Shown: piece after piece, positions 22,201 through 30,780 of the stretch | Layout of the letters: each line of letters starts with the position of its first letter | How positions within the stretch are numbered: the first letter of the stretch is position 1 | Assembly: GCA_029261055.1 (NCBI GenBank) | Contig: JAJDCA010000051.1 | Location: 9,082 to 73,081, forward strand | Direction: 5' to 3' | Length of the DNA stretch: 64,000 bases | From: Candidatus Omnitrophota bacterium | GTDB lineage: Bacteria; Omnitrophota; Gorgyraeia; Zapsychrales; Zapsychraceae | Notes under the pieces: generated by a model | What the model saw: only the letters and a program-made list of their open reading frames with translations | Told to the model about the DNA's origin: nothing | Databases searched by the model: none | Position numbers and translations under genes: made by a program

Positions 22201-25200
22201 TCTGCGCCATCCCGGCAAACAGCTTCCACGATGATTCAGACAACATTTGATCCAAAGCAGCAATACCATTGCCTTTCTTTTTAATCCGCCGTATCATGAC
22301 CCCATTTTTTAAACCTTGCCGCGCTAACTTACGGACACGTACCAACCTGATCTGCTGCCCGGATGGGTCGACATCAATCGTAAACATATACGCTTCCCCG
22401 TCATTTTTGGCAATAATCTCCAACCGATCTATCCCGGCATACAAAGCAAATTTCCCTTTGCCAAAATAACCGGAGACATCTCCCATCTGCCCCCCTTTTT
22501 CCTTATTCGACTTGGGGATGAGCATGGCTAATATCTTACCGATGGGAGGCCCTTTGCCGTCATCGGTTATTTCTTCAACAAAATCTCCTGTCTCTTCATC
22601 TTCATAATGTTCAACAACAAGATTTACGGCCTTGGCATCGGAGGAATTTTGCGCGGCTTCCGCCGCATGCCGCCCTGCTTCCTGTGCCTTCATAAGATCA
22701 GCAATACTTTGACTAGATTTTTCATTGTCCGGCTGAGCCATAATTTGTTCAATCGCGGCCATCATTTCTTCAATCGTATAAAGATCACTCTCCTCTTCCG
22801 CACTCCTCTTTTTATCTTGGTTCCAGGCTGCAATCTTTTCTACAGGCACACCGCCTTTTGTCATCACAATATCTTCTTCAGCCACGGGGTCTATTTTTCT
22901 CCTAGTATGAACCAAAGGCACATCACTTGTAAAAAACACAATAAACTTTTTGGCCTCTCCTAAATTTAAATCCTGATCCGCGCCTGGATACTTAAATTCC
23001 CTTAAAATATCTATATACTCCACCGATTCAAACGAAGAGGCCCATTGGTCCAAATAATTTTGCCGTACATCTTTGTTTTCATGATTCAAAATTTGTTTCA
23101 GCTGCCGGGTCATGACATCCAGCCCATTTTTGTCTTGAGAAATTCTTGATAAAAATCGAACCATTTTCCGAATAGTGACCACGTCCGTGCTATCTTTCAT
23201 CTCTTTTACCAGTTTATAAATTAAAGGCATAGCCTCAAGATGTTCATCTATTTCAATATTCCACCCAAACAAAAGCGCCTCCATAAATTTAATATCAATA
23301 TTGTTCGCTTGAATATCAACATCCTGATTCGACGCTAAAGAAAACAATTTTTCATAAAATGCTACCCATATCTCATTTAGATCCAGAAGCGAAGACACAC
23401 CATTGACCAGCTTCATAATCTTTTCTTGATCCTTCTTAAGTGCCTTAATAATAAATTCCATCCTTTCAGCAAAAGTATCCAAAGGAAGCCGCTGAAAAAG
23501 ACGATTCCAGTCAGGCGAACCTTCTTGAAAGAGCAAATCAAAGGCCTTGTCATATTTTTCTGTTACAGCTTCGTCCTGCTTCCTGAATAAAGCTCTTATT
23601 TCGCCATTCAAATCATTTCTAAGATCTTCCGGCACAAGATCCAAAAATGGTTTATACGCCTCTTCGGCCTGCTGCACCCACTGCTCCTGTCGACTCAACA
23701 CTTCTTTTTCCCATAAATCCTTAGCTTGATTCATAATGTCCTGTTGTTCCGAAGTGCCCTTACTCAACGGACTTTCCATAAATGCTTTAGGATCAAATAT
23801 CTTTACTTGACCCTCCTCACTGTTGTAAAACACAAAAACAGAACCGGATACGCCGACCAATTCATAATTCAAATAACCCTCCATAACAATTTCAACATGA
23901 TTCCCTTGATCATTAACAATCCTGTAATTACCTTGTGCGTATTGCTCCAAAATAAACGTGCGGTCTTCTGTTATAAAAATAACCCCCTCTCTTCCAGCCA
24001 TTATTGCATCCCCTGTTTTATAAAAGTAATCAACAATTTCTCCTCCTGGTAAAACAGCATACACTACTTTATTATCCCTGGATGATTCCAGACGCATACC
24101 TGTTTTGTGGGTTAATGGAACGTCAAAATTTGAAGCAGATATTATTTCTAAATTTTTATCATAAACCAAAAGCTGATCTTCCAAACGGATAAGCTGAGTA
24201 TCCGACTGGTTTGGCAAATTTTCATAGGATTGAAATTGATCCGGATCAACCGCCTCCATCCCATTCTCCGTGATCCTGGAAATGCCGACAGAATCTTTGC
24301 CATACGTTGTCCAGTATTTGGGTAAATTATATTTCTTTATAATTTCATTTAATTCATGTAGGTTATCAAAGCTTTCAAGCCAACCATTTGAATTATCATG
24401 CTTCTCACCTTTTAGAACAACTCCGAAATAACCATGATTTTCTCCTTTAAATGTTAAAGAAAAAGTTTCCTTTTCATTTGAAGTCATATGAATTTGTTTT
24501 GAATTCGCTACGGAACCATACGGGCTTTGAAAAACAAGCCCTTCGGACTTACTAAGATAAATAAAAATTTCCCCATCCTGATCACTAAAAAAATAGTCTA
24601 TGTTATCAATGCGTCTTTTCTTTTCCAACCTGTACAAATGTTTCCCGGATACATCCTCATACACCACCACATCCGCCTTTGGGTCGATGTAAAAAGACCT
24701 TACATCAGCTGCAATCTGAATTTTAAGGATTTGAATATCTTGATACAAAGGGTCTAAAACAAAAAGATCATTCCTTGAATTCAAAATAATAACGTACCGT
24801 CCTGAGGGGGACAGATTAGCCATCTTTAAATCGTTCAGTATAAAATTATCAGAAGTGTTAAAATAATTTTCCTTCAAGGGTAAAATCATGTACGCACCAG
24901 TTGATTTAGACTTCAAAAGAACCTGCCGCTGATTATACTCAATCAAGAAAAAGCCTTCTGCTGAATTATCCCATGTTCGGGATAGTAACTTCCCTTTACT
25001 ATACGTAGATGCGGCCAATAAAAATTTCCGTGTTATATCCGAGCCGGCCTCCTGCACTTTAAAAATTAAAAACATATTTTCATCCACTTGAAGAATCTCC
25101 GCCCCTTTTTTGATATCTGCAATCCCCTTTCCATTTTCATTTATTAATTGTTGCGTATCCCCATTATTCTTAATAAATATATATCCCTTTTCTAGATTTT

Positions 25201-28200
25201 TCTCTGCAAGAAATTTTTCTGAAGAAATTTTTATCTCAGGGGTTTCGGCCTGACTGGGCATGATGGACAAAAATTCCCTAAATTTCACCTCTTCATTTGC
25301 CCCCTCCGCATTTGTCTTTTTAACAGATGTGTGGGATGGTTGAAATTTAACCGTCTTCTTTTGATTCACAATCTCATACGAGGTATCGATTGTTTCATCG
25401 GCTTTAAGTTTAATCAACTCTGCAAAGAACAAAAAATCAACCTGTTCTTCCTGAGTTAATTCTTCTGTCTGTTGTTTTTCCGCTAAGGCAAAAAACGGTT
25501 CGGCAAACTGCAAAGGAATCGCAATAAAACTATCGGCATCGATGATCGGTAAAGATATCGGATTGTAAAAATCATAAGTGGCTAATGAAAAACTCGTTAA
25601 CGTACCGATCGCTTCTTCGGTAAAGGGCACAGCCACTAAAGGAATATCTTTGTCCTCGCCATTACGCTTACGGGTAAACTTAAAGGTTTGTTTATCCATA
25701 ATACGCGCCCCCATTTTTTTAAGGCTAAACTCCCCGTTCCAGTCAAATAACATAGGGTCTAAATAAACAGCTTTTTGCGCAATTTGGGCATACATCTTTT
25801 GATGCGGCAGAAAAACATACGCCCCCTTTGACTTTATGCCAGCGACCGTTCCGGCGATTTGTTGACGGATGGCCAGTTTAATATCTCGAACAACGGCCTG
25901 ACTCTTCTTATTATCTCCGGCCAGATTATCCAGCCCGGCCGCAATGGTGTTCACATATTTTAACTTTTCTATATCGCTTAACCCCAACTGCTCATTGTTT
26001 AAAATCCCTTCCACCATATGCTCAACGGCCACCTGCATGGGCCACCGGCCGTCATTAGAATAACGTCGTTTTGGAAAATGAATATTGCTCCGGGACGGGG
26101 CAATATCCACAAATCCGTTAAACTCAAGCATCAAAGTCTCCTGGACAAGAGCCTCGGGATTAATATCATCATTATTCATATCTTTCTCAAGGGGGATCGT
26201 TCGCAATACCTCTTCATTTCGCACAAAGGCAACCTTCGCTTTGTTTTCACGGGCATCAGAAATAACCATAACATGTTTAAGAGCCGCTTTAATATCAGAT
26301 TCCTTGACAACTTTAGCTGTTTTATCTCCTTCTCCAGGCACAAACATACGTGATAACTTCACACCATTCATTCCTTTCCCATTATCAATAATTTTAATGG
26401 TGTTCTTTGAGACCAATAATTTAATATCCTTACCTTTTCTGTCCTCTTCCGTAGGGAGAGGTTCCCCTTCAGGAACAAGAATTGTGCGATATTCCCATCC
26501 ATTAACCCGTTTTTCTTCACCCCCTTTTTGTGTGACAATACGCTGCTTCTTGTTATAAGCAAATCTTTCGCGTGCATTATCAATTAATTCACTTTGTGTA
26601 ATTTTGCTTTCTTCATATTCATCCATCTCTTCCGGGATATTACGGCCGGTTTGAATTTCAACAATGGTGCCGTGTTCTAATTCTTGCCCCTCAGCCGCCT
26701 CCCAAAATTGCTCGTGGGTTATTACTTTAATTTGAATGTACACCTGGCCGACGGAGTCTTTGAGCATAGTCAACTGATAAGCCGTATCACCCCCCTCGGC
26801 CAAGGTATACACATCAATACGTCCTTTTATTCCCGTCTCAAGCCAATCCGCGATTTGTTTAATTCCGCGCCCGAATTTTCCAATATCCCCACCCCAAGCA
26901 TCTATACTATTGGCGATAGCTTCCATAATGCCCTGCCCTTTTGGATCCCCGCTCTGAGAATCAACCTCATCCGTAAGGTTTGGTTTGGTATAATGCCCAT
27001 TCAGAATCCAGCCGATACTCTCTTCGGTATATCCATCTTTTACTAATTGCTGCACAATGGCATCATAATAAAATTCTTTTAAGCTCAAGTTAAAATCTTT
27101 TTCTTCTTTTAAAATACCCAAATTACTCAGCAACGATTTTAATTCCAATTCATCCAGCTGATCATCAGCCAGACGCCTTTGAGCCGCGGCAAAATGCTCC
27201 CAATCTATCCCTTTAAAATTTTCTTCCGGTAAGGCATATTCTGTTGCCTGAATTCGATTTTTTATTTTATCCAGTTTTTCCTGATCACCCTGACGGGTAA
27301 TCATGGCGGCATCGGAAAACTTTTCCGGTGGTAAGACTGATACTTTGGCGGATTCATAATCCTTTTGCCCGGTATTTTTAACTTGAGCTTGTATGTTAAC
27401 AAACATAGCCCCATCATCATAAATTCCCTGGATAACATGGAATGGCATCTTCTGTGCCACCAGTAAAATATCTTCCACTTCCTCTCCCATATCCATCCCG
27501 CCAGAAAAATACTTCCGTGGAACAATTGTTTCTGTAACAAAATCATAATCTTCTTTGATGTAGTCATAAACACCTACTTTAAAGGCCTCGAGGTATTGAT
27601 CATAAATTTTCTGTTTGGCCTGTTTGTCTTCAATGTCCACGCCGTCAACTTTGTTCTGGCCGATGTATATTGAGGACAAGGCATGCCTTGTCCCTACAGA
27701 ATTTTTCAATTTTCGTTTGAACCATGTGGCGAGGATCAAGGAATGATAAATCTGGCGGAGCTGGGCGAAATTGGCGCCCTCGTTGACTTCGCGTTCAATT
27801 TCGGGAATGAGGATTTCGCGGATGATGGATGTCGTAGGGGCAACCCTTGTGGTTGCCCTTTCTTTTTTGGCGGGTACAAAGCCCGCCCCTACGTTATGCC
27901 CCATCGCAACATAATCCGCCTCCAACATCACCTTCAACCGCGACTCCACCACAAACGCTGTATTGGTTTCCACATTCTCATACACCACAGCCTCAGACGG
28001 CACAATCCACACCTTGTTAAAGGTATCCACCGGAACATCCATGACGCCATATTCTTCATACGCCCGCTCATGCACCCGATCCCAAAACTCTGCCCCCAAC
28101 TCATCCCCCGGATACATCAATGAGGCAGTAATTTGTTTGAGCAAATAATCTTGGGCCAAAAGATCTCGGCCCATTTCCGTTACTCCAAACTTCTCAGGAA

Positions 28201-28582
28201 TAATACGGTCACTTTCGTACGGACTAAGGTTCACCCACAAATCCTTTTCCGGCACCGTCAGTGAGGCTAAAAAATATTTAATAAGCTTCGAACTCTCCAC
28301 TCTTAAATCTTCACCCTCAGCCTGCCCCTCCCCAGTGTCCACAATAAAATCAAACCGAAACGGTTCCTCCGGAAAAACCTTCAATCCCTTAATCAACACC
28401 GGTGCATACGGCTTACTCAACGATACCATTGCCCCCACTGCAGGAAGATTAACTACTGTTTGCGACTGTGCATTAGCAACTTGTGTCGGATGAATCACAC
28501 TCATCGTAAAAACCGTGATTACCGTAACAGCCACAAAACGAAAAAATAAAGAAAATCGTGTGTTTGTAAAATTAATATTCAT
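19265..28582 (-). CDS. giant secreted modular protein (3105 aa): signal peptide, conserved N-domain, two GHKL-ATPase-like modules, beta-rich region, two HExxH modules, GGIDFN tail
   Basis: Uninterrupted ORF; N-domain and tail paralogous to 51381-54800; motifs EAIANSIDA/IGKFGRG/IDNGKGM, EAAQNSSDA/TDDGKG/GYFGKG, VHELAH, IHEQWH..EGFATY. Confidence 0.85.
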   Translation of the reverse strand: MNINFTNTRFSLFFRFVAVTVITVFTMSVIHPTQVANAQSQTVVNLPAVGAMVSLSKPYAPVLIKGLKVFPEEPFRFDFIVDTGEGQAEGEDLRVESSKLIKYFLASLTVPEKDLWVNLSPYESDRIIPEKFGVTEMGRDLLAQDYLLKQITASLMYPGDELGAEFWDRVHERAYEEYGVMDVPVDTFNKVWIVPSEAVVYENVETNTAFVVESRLKVMLEADYVAMGHNVGAGFVPAKKERATTRVAPTTSIIREILIPEIEREVNEGANFAQLRQIYHSLILATWFKRKLKNSVGTRHALSSIYIGQNKVDGVDIEDKQAKQKIYDQYLEAFKVGVYDYIKEDYDFVTETIVPRKYFSGGMDMGEEVEDILLVAQKMPFHVIQGIYDDGAMFVNIQAQVKNTGQKDYESAKVSVLPPEKFSDAAMITRQGDQEKLDKIKNRIQATEYALPEENFKGIDWEHFAAAQRRLADDQLDELELKSLLSNLGILKEEKDFNLSLKEFYYDAIVQQLVKDGYTEESIGWILNGHYTKPNLTDEVDSQSGDPKGQGIMEAIANSIDAWGGDIGKFGRGIKQIADWLETGIKGRIDVYTLAEGGDTAYQLTMLKDSVGQVYIQIKVITHEQFWEAAEGQELEHGTIVEIQTGRNIPEEMDEYEESKITQSELIDNARERFAYNKKQRIVTQKGGEEKRVNGWEYRTILVPEGEPLPTEEDRKGKDIKLLVSKNTIKIIDNGKGMNGVKLSRMFVPGEGDKTAKVVKESDIKAALKHVMVISDARENKAKVAFVRNEEVLRTIPLEKDMNNDDINPEALVQETLMLEFNGFVDIAPSRSNIHFPKRRYSNDGRWPMQVAVEHMVEGILNNEQLGLSDIEKLKYVNTIAAGLDNLAGDNKKSQAVVRDIKLAIRQQIAGTVAGIKSKGAYVFLPHQKMYAQIAQKAVYLDPMLFDWNGEFSLKKMGARIMDKQTFKFTRKRNGEDKDIPLVAVPFTEEAIGTLTSFSLATYDFYNPISLPIIDADSFIAIPLQFAEPFFALAEKQQTEELTQEEQVDFLFFAELIKLKADETIDTSYEIVNQKKTVKFQPSHTSVKKTNAEGANEEVKFREFLSIMPSQAETPEIKISSEKFLAEKNLEKGYIFIKNNGDTQQLINENGKGIADIKKGAEILQVDENMFLIFKVQEAGSDITRKFLLAASTYSKGKLLSRTWDNSAEGFFLIEYNQRQVLLKSKSTGAYMILPLKENYFNTSDNFILNDLKMANLSPSGRYVIILNSRNDLFVLDPLYQDIQILKIQIAADVRSFYIDPKADVVVYEDVSGKHLYRLEKKRRIDNIDYFFSDQDGEIFIYLSKSEGLVFQSPYGSVANSKQIHMTSNEKETFSLTFKGENHGYFGVVLKGEKHDNSNGWLESFDNLHELNEIIKKYNLPKYWTTYGKDSVGISRITENGMEAVDPDQFQSYENLPNQSDTQLIRLEDQLLVYDKNLEIISASNFDVPLTHKTGMRLESSRDNKVVYAVLPGGEIVDYFYKTGDAIMAGREGVIFITEDRTFILEQYAQGNYRIVNDQGNHVEIVMEGYLNYELVGVSGSVFVFYNSEEGQVKIFDPKAFMESPLSKGTSEQQDIMNQAKDLWEKEVLSRQEQWVQQAEEAYKPFLDLVPEDLRNDLNGEIRALFRKQDEAVTEKYDKAFDLLFQEGSPDWNRLFQRLPLDTFAERMEFIIKALKKDQEKIMKLVNGVSSLLDLNEIWVAFYEKLFSLASNQDVDIQANNIDIKFMEALLFGWNIEIDEHLEAMPLIYKLVKEMKDSTDVVTIRKMVRFLSRISQDKNGLDVMTRQLKQILNHENKDVRQNYLDQWASSFESVEYIDILREFKYPGADQDLNLGEAKKFIVFFTSDVPLVHTRRKIDPVAEEDIVMTKGGVPVEKIAAWNQDKKRSAEEESDLYTIEEMMAAIEQIMAQPDNEKSSQSIADLMKAQEAGRHAAEAAQNSSDAKAVNLVVEHYEDEETGDFVEEITDDGKGPPIGKILAMLIPKSNKEKGGQMGDVSGYFGKGKFALYAGIDRLEIIAKNDGEAYMFTIDVDPSGQQIRLVRVRKLARQGLKNGVMIRRIKKKGNGIAALDQMLSESSWKLFAGMAQREGFTISFVRYKDGKRTLVPLEVRGKKVLAETDFITKSLDTGATTNFGKFRIYMTNDPDVKSQIIDRDGIRVSDIKVKEEFLEFIPEFLRGYFDELGLIIQIPLPLMETRDTFRHEKDYLSKIQKYVAVEFYKALAHKALTDEIFRLKRFDSEWETGRNPSYWKGLTQKESPHLKINQERNTHLFDVVKNINKGQIDVIALSDLKKIGKAFDGKIGVRQQKEQWQESFILFMVQLDVDTENGKRDSLLKRRIKTQMSVNPKEALRVAAEHGIDENELDYISDPYFKERKEKAEKSVEAAKYDAEDYVISPEYFNEQQVSFFEWVKNTVGLIGFTNVKLLNEDFPVSGRFELKRGKVTIYFRTDSVSSFETVNPQSRDLHPLTNTLVHELAHFMQVLKRSSNRENLILNFSNDSTIGHQSRGEFGNFMKLLAAILLAKRFRNDVQGVSFKSKKRGHKGYSVESGLDRAMMIGVGNDSDFEDFSGEEIIRNMDRYIKEWSPEKLQKEKNVLNILIELDTSRDEINNQKEKVRIIHGNFKKVKKAMLLRKEFSFANSFQSRVKVLRKYNKIKLSSQQKKIFKIVKENMPDFDENLVFMIKPGSLLDDIFEFHDSDSIGEFIEIIGGKERQGISLISSIETPLDFLAAVIHEQWHSKDYLSLTGLLGNYLGEGFATYLQEKTLKEVFRKNPEAFEFLSPKYDRELSEEEIENKIISPLLHYGNELRVVKKIINKYGEDFMMALYETGDLTLLKDRMGKRYDFLENIVNQKIGDKNFFSTSLFEKERSRFMKRVLDDMGENEASVENFKRIFGIFQILIKKSIVVFNLKKFSNKEILVDIVNKFLLKVFSENLIEKYELKVMQGGINDEEVKGLLMEEIKQMVEEVLHDKSLLGQDNNLGGIDFNPGNFDLQTNGDKIDFDFPNILVPCFSDENPDCSESELENLNFNINGLTPVIIQMTPVHNLPLLLGVSEEDVAKELSRI
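27673..27697. repeat. in-frame REP-like palindrome in the giant gene
   Basis: Minus strand reads GTAGGGACAAGGCATGCCTTGTCCT (VGTRHALS); absent at the aligned position of the paralog. Confidence 0.75.
27834..27892. repeat. in-frame inverted REP doublet in the giant gene
   Basis: GTAGGGGCAACCCTTGTGGTTGCCC-spacer-GGCGGGTACAAAGCCCGCCCCTAC (VGAGFVPA..RATTRVAPT). Confidence 0.8.
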
Positions 28583-28756
28583 ACATAATAAGTATAAAAC
28601 ATATTAATACTACAAACTACCTGATCAGCTAACTATTTCACCTATTTTTACCTTTTAAAAAGAATGTAAGTCAAGTAATATCAATAATTTAGTAGGATTT
28701 TAAGAAAACGATTGCTTTCGATGGGAATTTCTTCACAGGAGCAGCTTCTTACATAA

Positions 28757-28806
28757 AAATACGACAGACTCTTTTTTTGAAATCCAAAAAAATTCCTGTC
28801 GTATTT
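28757..28806 (-). terminator. stem-loop after trxB
   Basis: AAATACGACAG...CTGTCGTATTT inverted arms with an inner T7/A7 stem. Confidence 0.5.
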
Positions 28807-28807
28807 C

Positions 28808-29743
28808 TTAATATTCTGTTAAATAACGCTCAGCTTGGAGGGCGGCCATGCAGCCGGAGCCGGCGGCGGTCACGGCTTGACGGTAATGTTTATCTTGCAC
28901 ATCACCACAGGCAAAAACACCTGCAACGCTTGTACAAGGGGTGCCGGGGGTAGTTTGAATGTAACCAGTTTCGTCTAATACTAACTGGCCTTTAAGAAAG
29001 GATGTATTCGGTTGATGGCCGATAGCATAAAATAGCCCGCTGGCCTCAACAATGGATTCTTCTCCGGTCTTCGCATGGCGAACTTTAATACTGGAAAGAG
29101 CCTTTTCGCCTAAAACTTCAACGGCACCGGTATGCCATTTAATTTCAATTTTCTCATTACTAAGCGCCCGCTCTTGCATCACTTTGGAAGCACGTAAAAC
29201 ATCGCGGCGCACCAGCATAATGACTTTACTGGCAAATTTGGTTAAATATGTAGCCTCTTCTACGGCTGAATCACCACCACCTATGACCACTAAAATTTTA
29301 TTACGAAATATCGGCAACCCCCCATCACATACTGCACAGGCAGAAATTCCTTTTTGCCATAGACGGTCTTCGCCTTCAATGTGCATCCGTTTAGCCGTCG
29401 CACCGGTAGCAACAATAATAGTTTTTGCTTCAACAACCTTGCTCCCGACCGTGACTTTAAACACGCGTGAACTAAGATCAACCTTATCCACCGTGACCGT
29501 TTCAATACGTGTTCCGCATTTTAATGATTGCTCTCGCATCTTGGCCATTAAATCCGGCCCTGAAATACCTTCAGGAAACCCGGGAAAATTCTCGACGTCC
29601 GTAGTCGTGGTCAGCTGACCACCCGCCGCAATACCGGCAGCCATCATACCTTCAAACATCAAAGGTTTAAGTTTTGCTCGTCCTGCATAAATCGCTGCCG
29701 TATGGGCTGCAGGCCCTGATCCAATAATAATAACATTTTCCAT
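28808..29743 (-). CDS. trxB: thioredoxin reductase
   Basis: [47 protein letters not shown]. Confidence 0.97.
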   Translation of the reverse strand: MENVIIIGSGPAAHTAAIYAGRAKLKPLMFEGMMAAGIAAGGQLTTTTDVENFPGFPEGISGPDLMAKMREQSLKCGTRIETVTVDKVDLSSRVFKVTVGSKVVEAKTIIVATGATAKRMHIEGEDRLWQKGISACAVCDGGLPIFRNKILVVIGGGDSAVEEATYLTKFASKVIMLVRRDVLRASKVMQERALSNEKIEIKWHTGAVEVLGEKALSSIKVRHAKTGEESIVEASGLFYAIGHQPNTSFLKGQLVLDETGYIQTTPGTPCTSVAGVFACGDVQDKHYRQAVTAAGSGCMAALQAERYLTEY

Positions 29744-29762
29744 TTATATAAATCCTTTAATA

Positions 29763-29873
29763 TTAAATTAGGCCACCTTCGGTGGCGATTTTGGCTTTTA
29801 GTCATCAGTCGTCAGACATCAGTAAAAATACTGAAATCTGATAGCTGACGTCTGATAGCTAACATTGAATTTC
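29763..29873. repeat. ~110-bp dispersed structured repeat, copy B
   Basis: Similar to 5255-5366; the GCCACC-TTC-GGTGGC hairpin carries a compensatory change. Confidence 0.8.
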
Positions 29874-29880
29874 CTTAACA

Positions 29881-30777
29881 TTAAATTTCAAACTTGTCTA
29901 GAATAGTTGATCGATCTTGCGGTTTGGCATTCTTAAGTTGCGCCTGGAGAATTTCATCATAACGTGGTTTATCAGGATTACGATAAAACAGACCGAAATA
30001 AAATCGATCGCTGTGTGCATACTTAAAGGCCTGGTCTCTATCACTAGGATCGTGAACAATAACTTCAGATTTGTCCTTCAAGCGTTTATCGGCAGGAACA
30101 CCTTTTTCATGTGTTAAAAATGAAAACCACTCAGCAGATTTTGTATCAAAATTACCCGGATAAAAATGCGGGCAACGTTGCGTCACATGAACAAATGAAA
30201 ATCCTTTATGCGCATAGGCCGCTTTTAATGTTTGAGTCAAATGGTCGGGCATCCAATCTGCGGTGCTGGCTGCAAACGAAGCCCCTATTCCTAAAGCAAA
30301 TGCCATGGGAATAATGGGATCAAGATACGTCCCTGTAGGCTGTGTATTCGTTTTATGCCCTTTTTTTGTTGTCGGGGATGTTTGGTTCTTCGTCAAGGCA
30401 TAAAGTTCATTGTCATACATCACAAATACACAATTAAAATTTTTATTAATGCCGTGTAATAAATGATTACCGCCAATACTCAAAGCATCGCCGTCACCGG
30501 AATGAATAAAAAGATTGAGTTCCGGCCTGGCTAAAGCCACTCCTAAAGCAACAGGAATCGCCCGCCCATGAATAGCATGCACTCCATACGTATTAAAATA
30601 AAATGACGCGCGCCCAGAACATCCTATGCCTGAAATATTAACCGTCTCATGTGGCGGCAACTGCTCGTCTACCAAAAAACGTTTTACTCCAGCAATAATA
30701 CCAAAATCACCACACCCTGGACACCAACGCGGATTTTCGGTTTGTAAATCTTTCATTGTTATGGGTTGATCTGACAT
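29881..30777 (-). CDS. 2-oxoacid:ferredoxin oxidoreductase beta subunit
   Basis: WCPGCGD, SGIGCSGR, HGRA, GDGDALSIGGNH (TPP binding). Confidence 0.93.
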   Translation of the reverse strand: MSDQPITMKDLQTENPRWCPGCGDFGIIAGVKRFLVDEQLPPHETVNISGIGCSGRASFYFNTYGVHAIHGRAIPVALGVALARPELNLFIHSGDGDALSIGGNHLLHGINKNFNCVFVMYDNELYALTKNQTSPTTKKGHKTNTQPTGTYLDPIIPMAFALGIGASFAASTADWMPDHLTQTLKAAYAHKGFSFVHVTQRCPHFYPGNFDTKSAEWFSFLTHEKGVPADKRLKDKSEVIVHDPSDRDQAFKYAHSDRFYFGLFYRNPDKPRYDEILQAQLKNAKPQDRSTILDKFEI

Positions 30778-30780
30778 AAA

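Noticed and set aside
29052-29618. 188-aa plus-strand ORF (also 26085-26558, 27683-28123, 35823-36302, 53985-54362 and similar)
   Set aside because: Antisense to well-supported genes, with no motifs or SD.
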